Source: the human T2T-CHM13v2.0 reference genome, Homo sapiens. Taken from it: DNA of 64,000 nt. The stretch lies in the NCBI RefSeq assembly GCF_009914755.1, contig NC_060930.1; one strand, written 5' to 3'. The position numbers and the translations under genes were made by a program. The notes beneath the pieces were generated by a model. The model made no database searches. It was not told the origin of the DNA and worked only from the letters and a program-made list of their open reading frames with translations. Shown here one piece after another: positions 12,229 through 23,441 of this stretch (position 1 is its first letter; every line of letters starts with the position of its first letter).

Positions 12229-14776
12229 CCTCAGAAACAACTTTGTGATGTGTGCGTTGAACTCACCGTCTTTAACCTTTCTTTTGGTAGAGAAGTTTTG
12301 AAACACTCTCTTTGTAAAGTCTACAAGTGGATATTTTGAGCCCTTGGAGGCATTCTTTGGAAAAGGGAATGTCTTCACATAAAAGGCAGACGGAAGTGTT
12401 CTCAGAAACTGCTTTGTGATGTCTGTGTTCAACTCACAGAGTTTAACATTTCCTTTGATAGAGCGGTTTAGTAACCCTCTCTTTGTAGAATTTGGAAGTG
12501 TATACTAAGAGCGCTTTGAGGCCTATGGTAGAAAAGGAAATATCTTTCCATAAAAGCTAGACAGAAGCAATCTCAGAAACTCCTTTGCGATGTCTGCATT
12601 CAACTCACCGAGTGGAACATTCCTCTTGAGAGAGCAGTTTGGAAACACTCTTTCTGTAGAATCAGCTTGTTTGTATTTGGACCTCCTTGAGGCCTTCGTT
12701 GGAAACGGGTTTTCATCTTATAAACCCAGACAGAAGAATTCTCAGAGTCTTCTTTGTGATGTGTGCTTTCAACTCACCGAGATAAAGATTTCTCTTGATA
12801 GAGCAATTTGGAAACACTCTTTTTGTAGAATTTGCAAGGGTACATTGAGAGCGCTTTCAGGCCTATGGTAGAAAAGGGAATATCTTTCCATAAAAGGTAG
12901 ACAGAAGCAATCTCAGAAACTACTTTGTGATGTGTGCATTCAACTCACCGAGTGCAACGTTCCTCTTGACCGAGCAGTTTGGAAACATTGTTTCTGTAGA
13001 ATCTGCAAGTGGATATTTGGACCTCTTTGAGGCCTTCGTTGGAAACGGGATTTCTTCCTATAAACCCAGACAGAAGAATTCTCAGAGACTTCTTTGTGAT
13101 GTGTGAATTCAACTCACAGTGTGGATCCTTCCTTTTGATAGAGCAGTTTTGAAACCCTGTTTTTGTAGTATTTCCAAGCGGATATTCGGAACGCCTTGAA
13201 GCGTGTGGTAGAAAAGGAAATATCTTCCCATAAAACCTAGACAGAACCAATCTCAGAAACGACTTTGTGATGTCTGCATTCAAGTCACAGAGTTGAACAT
13301 TTCTCTTGATAGAGCAGTTTTGAAACCCTCTTTCTGAAGGATCTGCAAGTGGATATTTGGAACTCCTTTGGGTCTTCGTTGGAAACGGGATTTCTTCGTA
13401 TAAATCTAGACAGAAGAATTCTCCGAAACTTCTTTGGTTGTGTGCATTCAAGTCACAGAGTGGAACCTTCCTTTGGATAGAGCAGTTTGAAACGCCGTGG
13501 TTGTAGTATTTCCAAGCGGATATTAGAGCGCCTTGAGGCCTATGGTAGAAAAGGAAATATCTTCCCATAAAACCTAGACGGAAGCAATCTCAGAAACTAC
13601 TGTGTGATGGCTGCATTCCACACACACGGTGGAACATTTCTCTTGATAGAGCAGTTTTGAAACACTCTTTCTGTAGAATCTGCAAGTGGATAATTGGACC
13701 TCCTAGAGGCCTTCGTTGGAAACGGGATTTCTTCATCTAAACCTACAGAGAAGAATTCTCAGTAACTTCTTCGGATGTGTGCATTCGACGCACAGAATGG
13801 AACATTCCCTTTGATAGAGCAGTTTTGAGACACCGTTTTTGTAGAATTCCCAAGTGGATATTTAGAGCACTTTGAAGTCTCTGCTAGAAAAGGAAACATC
13901 TTCATGTAAAAAGTAGATAGAATCGTTCTCAGAAAGTGCTTAGTGACGTGTGCGTTCAACTCACAGAGTTTAACGTTTCTTTTGATAGAGCGTTTCTGAA
14001 ACACCCTTCTTGTAGTAGCTGCAAGTGGATATTTGGACCTATTGGAGGCCTTCTTTGGAAATGGGATTTCTTCATGTAACTCTAGATTGAAGAGTTCTCA
14101 GAAACTCCTTTGTGATGTGTGCATTCAATTCAAAGAGTGAAACCTCCCTTTTCACAGAGCAGTTTTGAAACACTGTTTTTGTAGGATTTCCAAGGGGATA
14201 TTTATAGCGCATTGAGCCTACGGCGGAAAAAGAAACATCTTCCTATAAAAACTAGACAGAATACTTCTCAGAATCTGCTTTGCGATGTGTGCGTTCAACT
14301 CACAGAGTAAAACTTTTCTTTTGATAGAGCAGTTTTGAAACACTCTTTTTGTAGTATTTGCATGTGTATATTTAGAGCGCATTGAAGCCCACAGTAGAAA
14401 AGGAAATAACTTCACCTAAAACCTAGACAGAAGCAATCTCAGAAACTACTTTGTGATGTGTACATTCAACTCACAGAGTGGAACTTTCCTCTTTATAGAG
14501 CAGTGTTGAAACACTCTTTTTGTAGAAACTGCAAGTGGATATTTGGACCTCTTTGAGGCCTTCGTTGGAAACGGGATTTCTTCCTATAACCCTAGACAGA
14601 AGAATTTTCAGAAACCTCATTGTGATGTGTGCGTTCATCTCACAGAGTGGAGTCTTCCGTTTGATAGAGAAGTTTTGAAACCCTGTTCTTGTAGGATTTC
14701 CAAGTGGATATTTAGACCACTTTGAAGCCTATGATAGAAAAGGAAACATCTTCATGGAAAACATAGATAGAATCAT
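12229..14776 (+). repeat. 15-mer HOR variant type I (2,548 bp; 509-bp deletion, M9/M12 hybrid monomer)
   Basis: Landmark spacing 15419-12871=2548. M9 allele GGAACATT up to 13634 is followed by M12 allele GGACCTCCTAGAGG from 13701. Confidence 0.95.
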
Positions 14777-17700
14777 CCTCAGAAACAACTTTGTGATGTG
14801 TGCGTTGAACTCACCGTCTTTAACCTTTCTTTTGGTAGAGAAGTTTTGAAACACTCTCTTTGTAAAGTCTACAAGTGGATATTTTGAGCCCTTGGAGGCA
14901 TTCTTTGGAAAAGGGAATGTCTTCACATAAAAGGCAGACGGAAGTGTTCTCAGAAACTGCTTTGTGATGTCTGTGTTCAACTCACAGAGTTTAACATTTC
15001 CTTTGATAGAGCGGTTTAGTAACCCTCTCTTTGTAGAATTTGGAAGTGTATACTAAGAGCGCTTTGAGGCCTATGGTAGAAAAGGAAATATCTTTCCATA
15101 AAAGCTAGACAGAAGCAATCTCAGAAACTCCTTTGCGATGTCTGCATTCAACTCACCGAGTGGAACATTCCTCTTGAGAGAGCAGTTTGGAAACACTCTT
15201 TCTGTAGAATCAGCTTGTTTGTATTTGGACCTCCTTGAGGCCTTCGTTGGAAACGGGTTTTCATCTTATAAACCCAGACAGAAGAATTCTCAGAGTCTTC
15301 TTTGTGATGTGTGCTTTCAACTCACCGAGATAAAGATTTCTCTTGATAGAGCAATTTGGAAACACTCTTTTTGTAGAATTTGCAAGGGTACATTGAGAGC
15401 GCTTTCAGGCCTATGGTAGAAAAGGGAATATCTTTCCATAAAAGGTAGACAGAAGCAATCTCAGAAACTACTTTGTGATGTGTGCATTCAACTCACCGAG
15501 TGCAACGTTCCTCTTGACCGAGCAGTTTGGAAACATTGTTTCTGTAGAATCTGCAAGTGGATATTTGGACCTCTTTGAGGCCTTCGTTGGAAACGGGATT
15601 TCTTCCTATAAACCCAGACAGAAGAATTCTCAGAGACTTCTTTGTGATGTGTGAATTCAACTCACAGTGTGGATCCTTCCTTTTGATAGAGCAGTTTTGA
15701 AACCCTGTTTTTGTAGTATTTCCAAGCGGATATTCGGAACGCCTTGAAGCGTATGGTAGAAAAGGAAATATCTTCCCATAAAACCTAGACAGAACCAATC
15801 TCAGAAACGACTTTGTGATGTCTGCATTCAAGTCACAGAGTTGAACATTTCTCTTGATAGAGCAGTTTTGAAACCCTCTTTCTGAAGGATCTGCAAGTGG
15901 ATATTTGGAACTCCTTTGGGTCTTCGTTGGAAACGGGATTTCTTCGTATAAATCTAGACAGAAGAATTCTCCGAAACTTCTTTGGTTGTGTGCATTCAAG
16001 TCACAGAGTGGAACCTTCCTTTGGATAGAGCAGTTTGAAACGCCGTGGTTGTAGTATTTCCAAGCGGATATTAGAGCGCCTTGAGGCCTATGGTAGAAAA
16101 GGAAATATCTTCCCATAAAACCTAGACGGAAGCAATCTCAGAAACTACTGTGTGATGGCTGCATTCCACACACACGGTGGAACATTTCTCTTGATAGAGC
16201 AGTTTTGAAACACTCTTTCTGTAGAATCTGCAAGTGGATAATTGGACCGCCTTGAGGCCTTCGTTGGAAACGGGATTTCTTCATGTTACTCTAGATAGAA
16301 GAATTCTCAAACACTGCTATGTGATGTTTGCATTCAAGTCACAGAGTGCAACATTCCTCTTGGTAGAGCAGTTGGGAAACACTCCTTTTGTAGAATCTGC
16401 AATGGGATATTTGGACTTCTTTGAGGCCTTCGTTGGAAACGGGATTTCTTCGTATGAATCTAGACAGAAGAATTCTCAGAAACTTCCTTGTGATGTGTGC
16501 ATTCAACTCAGCGAGTGGCACCTTCCTTTGGATACAGCAGTTTTGAAACACTGTTTTTGTAGTATTTCCAAGCGGATATTTAGAGCGCCTTGAAGCCTAT
16601 GCTAGAAATGGAAATATCTCCCCATAAAACCAAGACAGAAGCAATCTCAGAAACTAATGTGTGATGGCTGCATTCCACACACACGGTGGACCATTTCTCT
16701 TGATAGAGCAGTTTTGAAACACTCTTTCTGTAGAATCTGCAAGTGGATAATTGGACCTCCTAGAGGCCTTCGTTGGAAACGGGATTTCTTCATCTAAACC
16801 TACAGAGAAGAATTCTCAGTAACTTCTTCGGATGTGTGCATTCGACGCACAGAATGGAACATTCCCTTTGATAGAGCAGTTTTGAGACACCGTTTTTGTA
16901 GAATTCCCAAGTGGATATTTAGAGCACTTTGAAGTCTCTGCTAGAAAAGGAAACATCTTCATGTAAAAAGTAGATAGAATCGTTCTCAGAAAGTGCTTAG
17001 TGACGTGTGCGTTCAACTCACAGAGTTTAACGTTTCTTTTGATAGAGCGTTTCTGAAACACCCTTCTTGTAGTAGCTGCAAGTGGATATTTGGACCTATT
17101 GGAGGCCTTCTTTGGAAATGGGATTTCTTCATGTAACTCTAGATTGAAGAGTTCTCAGAAACTCCTTTGTGATGTGTGCATTCAATTCAAAGAGTGAAAC
17201 CTCCCTTTTCACAGAGCAGTTTTGAAACACTGTTTTTGTAGGATTTCCAAGGGGATATTTATAGCGCATTGAGCCTACGGCGGAAAAAGAAACATCTTCC
17301 TATAAAAACTAGACAGAATACTTCTCAGAATCTGCTTTGCGATGTGTGCGTTCAACTCACAGAGTAAAACTTTTCTTTTGATAGAGCAGTTTTGAAACAC
17401 TCTTTTTGTAGTATTTGCATGTGTATATTTAGAGCGCATTGAAGCCCACAGTAGAAAAGGAAATAACTTCACCTAAAACCTAGACAGAAGCAATCTCAGA
17501 AACTACTTTGTGATGTGTACATTCAACTCACAGAGTGGAACTTTCCTCTTTATAGAGCAGTGTTGAAACACTCTTTTTGTAGAAACTGCAAGTGGATATT
17601 TGGACCTCTTTGAGGCCTTCGTTGGAAACGGGATTTCTTCCTATAACCCTAGACAGAAGAATTTTCAGAAACCTCATTGTGATGTGTGCGTTCATCTCAC

Positions 17701-20700
17701 AGAGTGGAGTCTTCCGTTTGATAGAGAAGTTTTGAAACCCTGTTCTTGTAGGATTTCCAAGTGGATATTTAGACCACTTTGAAGCCTATGATAGAAAAGG
17801 AAACATCTTCATGGAAAACATAGATAGAATCATCCTCAGAAACAACTTTGTGATGTGTGCGTTGAACTCACCGTCTTTAACCTTTCTTTTGGTAGAGAAG
17901 TTTTGAAACACTCTCTTTGTAAAGTCTACAAGTGGATATTTTGAGCCCTTGGAGGCATTCTTTGGAAAAGGGAATGTCTTCACATAAAAGGCAGACGGAA
18001 GTGTTCTCAGAAACTGCTTTGTGATGTCTGTGTTCAACTCACAGAGTTTAACATTTCCTTTGATAGAGCGGTTTAGTAACCCTCTCTTTGTAGAATTTGG
18101 AAGTGTATACTAAGAGCGCTTTGAGGCCTATGGTAGAAAAGGAAATATCTTTCCATAAAAGCTAGACAGAAGCAATCTCAGAAACTCCTTTGCGATGTCT
18201 GCATTCAACTCACCGAGTGGAACATTCCTCTTGAGAGAGCAGTTTGGAAACACTCTTTCTGTAGAATCAGCTTGTTTGTATTTGGACCTCCTTGAGGCCT
18301 TCGTTGGAAACGGGTTTTCATCTTATAAACCCAGACAGAAGAATTCTCAGAGTCTTCTTTGTGATGTGTGCTTTCAACTCACCGAGATAAAGATTTCTCT
18401 TGATAGAGCAATTTGGAAACACTCTTTTTGTAGAATTTGCAAGGGTACATTGAGAGCGCTTTCAGGCCTATGGTAGAAAAGGGAATATCTTTCCATAAAA
18501 GGTAGACAGAAGCAATCTCAGAAACTACTTTGTGATGTGTGCATTCAACTCACCGAGTGCAACGTTCCTCTTGACCGAGCAGTTTGGAAACATTGTTTCT
18601 GTAGAATCTGCAAGTGGATATTTGGACCTCTTTGAGGCCTTCGTTGGAAACGGGATTTCTTCCTATAAACCCAGACAGAAGAATTCTCAGAGACTTCTTT
18701 GTGATGTGTGAATTCAACTCACAGTGTGGATCCTTCCTTTTGATAGAGCAGTTTTGAAACCCTGTTTTTGTAGTATTTCCAAGCGGATATTCGGAACGCC
18801 TTGAAGCGTATGGTAGAAAAGGAAATATCTTCCCATAAAACCTAGACAGAACCAATCTCAGAAACGACTTTGTGATGTCTGCATTCAAGTCACAGAGTTG
18901 AACATTTCTCTTGATAGAGCAGTTTTGAAACCCTCTTTCTGAAGGATCTGCAAGTGGATATTTGGAACTCCTTTGGGTCTTCGTTGGAAACGGGATTTCT
19001 TCGTATAAATCTAGACAGAAGAATTCTCCGAAACTTCTTTGGTTGTGTGCATTCAAGTCACAGAGTGGAACCTTCCTTTGGATAGAGCAGTTTGAAACGC
19101 CGTGGTTGTAGTATTTCCAAGCGGATATTAGAGCGCCTTGAGGCCTATGGTAGAAAAGGAAATATCTTCCCATAAAACCTAGACGGAAGCAATCTCAGAA
19201 ACTACTGTGTGATGGCTGCATTCCACACACACGGTGGAACATTTCTCTTGATAGAGCAGTTTTGAAACACTCTTTCTGTAGAATCTGCAAGTGGATAATT
19301 GGACCGCCTTGAGGCCTTCGTTGGAAACGGGATTTCTTCATGTTACTCTAGATAGAAGAATTCTCAAACACTGCTATGTGATGTTTGCATTCAAGTCACA
19401 GAGTGCAACATTCCTCTTGGTAGAGCAGTTGGGAAACACTCCTTTTGTAGAATCTGCAATGGGATATTTGGACTTCTTTGAGGCCTTCGTTGGAAACGGG
19501 ATTTCTTCGTATGAATCTAGACAGAAGAATTCTCAGAAACTTCCTTGTGATGTGTGCATTCAACTCAGCGAGTGGCACCTTCCTTTGGATACAGCAGTTT
19601 TGAAACACTGTTTTTGTAGTATTTCCAAGCGGATATTTAGAGCGCCTTGAAGCCTATGCTAGAAATGGAAATATCTCCCCATAAAACCAAGACAGAAGCA
19701 ATCTCAGAAACTAATGTGTGATGGCTGCATTCCACACACACGGTGGACCATTTCTCTTGATAGAGCAGTTTTGAAACACTCTTTCTGTAGAATCTGCAAG
19801 TGGATAATTGGACCTCCTAGAGGCCTTCGTTGGAAACGGGATTTCTTCATCTAAACCTACAGAGAAGAATTCTCAGTAACTTCTTCGGATGTGTGCATTC
19901 GACGCACAGAATGGAACATTCCCTTTGATAGAGCAGTTTTGAGACACCGTTTTTGTAGAATTCCCAAGTGGATATTTAGAGCACTTTGAAGTCTCTGCTA
20001 GAAAAGGAAACATCTTCATGTAAAAAGTAGATAGAATCGTTCTCAGAAAGTGCTTAGTGACGTGTGCGTTCAACTCACAGAGTTTAACGTTTCTTTTGAT
20101 AGAGCGTTTCTGAAACACCCTTCTTGTAGTAGCTGCAAGTGGATATTTGGACCTATTGGAGGCCTTCTTTGGAAATGGGATTTCTTCATGTAACTCTAGA
20201 TTGAAGAGTTCTCAGAAACTCCTTTGTGATGTGTGCATTCAATTCAAAGAGTGAAACCTCCCTTTTCACAGAGCAGTTTTGAAACACTGTTTTTGTAGGA
20301 TTTCCAAGGGGATATTTATAGCGCATTGAGCCTACGGCGGAAAAAGAAACATCTTCCTATAAAAACTAGACAGAATACTTCTCAGAATCTGCTTTGCGAT
20401 GTGTGCGTTCAACTCACAGAGTAAAACTTTTCTTTTGATAGAGCAGTTTTGAAACACTCTTTTTGTAGTATTTGCATGTGTATATTTAGAGCGCATTGAA
20501 GCCCACAGTAGAAAAGGAAATAACTTCACCTAAAACCTAGACAGAAGCAATCTCAGAAACTACTTTGTGATGTGTACATTCAACTCACAGAGTGGAACTT
20601 TCCTCTTTATAGAGCAGTGTTGAAACACTCTTTTTGTAGAAACTGCAAGTGGATATTTGGACCTCTTTGAGGCCTTCGTTGGAAACGGGATTTCTTCCTA

Positions 20701-20890
20701 TAACCCTAGACAGAAGAATTTTCAGAAACCTCATTGTGATGTGTGCGTTCATCTCACAGAGTGGAGTCTTCCGTTTGATAGAGAAGTTTTGAAACCCTGT
20801 TCTTGTAGGATTTCCAAGTGGATATTTAGACCACTTTGAAGCCTATGATAGAAAAGGAAACATCTTCATGGAAAACATAGATAGAATCAT
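14777..20890 (+). repeat. Two canonical 18-mer HOR copies (units 6-7)
   Basis: 3,057-bp spacing of landmarks. Confidence 0.95.
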
Positions 20891-23441
20891 CCTCAGAAAC
20901 AACTTTGTGATGTGTGCGTTGAACTCACCGTCTTTAACCTTTCTTTTGGTAGAGAAGTTTTGAAACACTCTCTTTGTAAAGTCTACAAGTGGATATTTTG
21001 AGCCCTTGGAGGCATTCTTTGGAAAAGGGAATGTCTTCACATAAAAGGCAGACGGAAGTGTTCTCAGAAACTGCTTTGTGATGTCTGTGTTCAACTCACA
21101 GAGTTTAACATTTCCTTTGATAGAGCGGTTTAGTAACCCTCTCTTTGTAGAATTTGGAAGTGTATACTAAGAGCGCTTTGAGGCCTATGGTAGAAAAGGA
21201 AATATCTTTCCATAAAAGCTAGACAGAAGCAATCTCAGAAACTCCTTTGCGATGTCTGCATTCAACTCACCGAGTGGAACATTCCTCTTGAGAGAGCAGT
21301 TTGGAAACACTCTTTCTGTAGAATCAGCTTGTTTGTATTTGGACCTCCTTGAGGCCTTCGTTGGAAACGGGTTTTCATCTTATAAACCCAGACAGAAGAA
21401 TTCTCAGAGTCTTCTTTGTGATGTGTGCTTTCAACTCACCGAGATAAAGATTTCTCTTGATAGAGCAATTTGGAAACACTCTTTTTGTAGAATTTGCAAG
21501 GGTACATTGAGAGCGCTTTCAGGCCTATGGTAGAAAAGGGAATATCTTTCCATAAAAGGTAGACAGAAGCAATCTCAGAAACTACTTTGTGATGTGTGCA
21601 TTCAACTCACCGAGTGCAACGTTCCTCTTGACCGAGCAGTTTGGAAACATTGTTTCTGTAGAATCTGCAAGTGGATATTTGGACCTCTTTGAGGCCTTCG
21701 TTGGAAACGGGATTTCTTCCTATAAACCCAGACAGAAGAATTCTCAGAGACTTCTTTGTGATGTGTGAATTCAACTCACAGTGTGGATCCTTCCTTTTGA
21801 TAGAGCAGTTTTGAAACCCTGTTTTTGTAGTATTTCCAAGCGGATATTTGGAACGCCTTGAAGCGTATGGTAGAAAAGGAAATATCTTCCCATAAAACCT
21901 AGACAGAACCAATCTCAGAAACGACTTTGTGATGTCTGCATTCAAGTCACAGAGTTGAACATTTCTCTTGATAGAGCAGTTTTGAAACCCTCTTTCTGAA
22001 GGATCTGCAAGTGGATATTTGGAACTCCTTTGGGTCTTCGTTGGAAACGGGATTTCTTCGTATAAATCTAGACAGAAGAATTCTCAGAAACTTCCTTGTG
22101 ATGTGTGCATTCAACTCAGCGAGTGGCACCTTCCTTTGGATACAGCAGTTTTGAAACACTGTTTTTGTAGTATTTCCAAGCGGATATTTAGAGCGCCTTG
22201 AAACCTATGCTAGAAATGGAAATATCTCCCCATAAAACCAAGACGGAAGCAATCTCAGAAACTAATGTGTGATGGCTGCATTCCACACACACGGTGGACC
22301 ATTTCTCTTGATAGAGCAGTTTTGAAACACTCTTTCTGTAGAATCTGCAAGTGGATAATTGGACCTCCGAGAGGCCTTCGTTGGAAACGGGATTTCTTCA
22401 TCTAAACCTACAGAGAAGTATTCTCAGTAACTTCTTCGGATGTGTGCATTCGACGCACAGAATGGAACATTCCCTTTGATAGAGCAGTTTTGAGACACCG
22501 TTTTTGTAGAATTCCCAAGTGGATATTTAGAGCACTTTGAAGTCTCTGCTAGAAAAGGAAACATCATCATGTAAAAAGTAGATAGAATCGTTCTCAGAAA
22601 GTGCTTAGTGTCGTGTGCGTTCAACTCACAGAGTTTAACGTTTCTTTTGATAGAGCGTTTCTGAAACACCCTTCTTGTAGTAGCTGCAAGTGGATATTTG
22701 GACCTATTGGAGGCCTTCTTTGGAAACGGGATTTCTTCATGTAACTCTAGATTGAAGAATTCTCAGAAACTCCTTTGTGATGTGTGCATTCAATTCAAAG
22801 AGTGAAACCTCTCTTTTCACAGAGCAGTTTTGAAACACTGTTTTTGTAGGATTTCCAAGGGGATATTTATAGCGCATTGAGCCTACGGCGGAAAAAGAAA
22901 CATCTTCCTATAAAAACTAGACAGAATACTTCTCAGAATCTGCTTTGCGATGTGTGCGTTCAACTCACAGAGTAAAACTTTTCTTTTGATAGAGCAGTTT
23001 TGAAACACTCTTTTTGTAGTATTTGCATGTGTATATTTAGAGCGCATTGAAGCCCACAGTAGAAAAGGAAATAACTTCACCTAAAACCTAGACAGAAGCA
23101 ATCTCAGAAACTACTTTGTGATGTGTACATTCAACTCACAGAGTGGAACTTTCCTCTTTATAGAGCAGTGTTGAAACACTCTTTTTGTAGAAACTGCAAG
23201 TGGATATTTGGACCTCTTTGAGGCCTTCGTTGGAAACGGGATTTCTTCCTATAACCCTAGACAGAAGAATTTTCAGAAACCTCATTGTGATGTGTGCGTT
23301 CATCTCACAGAGTGGAGTCTTCCGTTTGATAGAGAAGTTTTGAAACCCTGTTCTTGTAGGATTTCCAAGTGGATATTTAGACCACTTTGAAGCCTATGAT
23401 AGAAAAGGAAACATCTTCATGGAAAACATAGATAGAATCAT
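20891..23441 (+). repeat. 15-mer HOR variant type II (2,551 bp; M8-M10 missing), unit 8
   Basis: Spacing 2551. Junction CGTATA-AATCTAGACAGAAGAATTCTC-AGAAACTTCC at 22065-22085. Confidence 0.95.
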
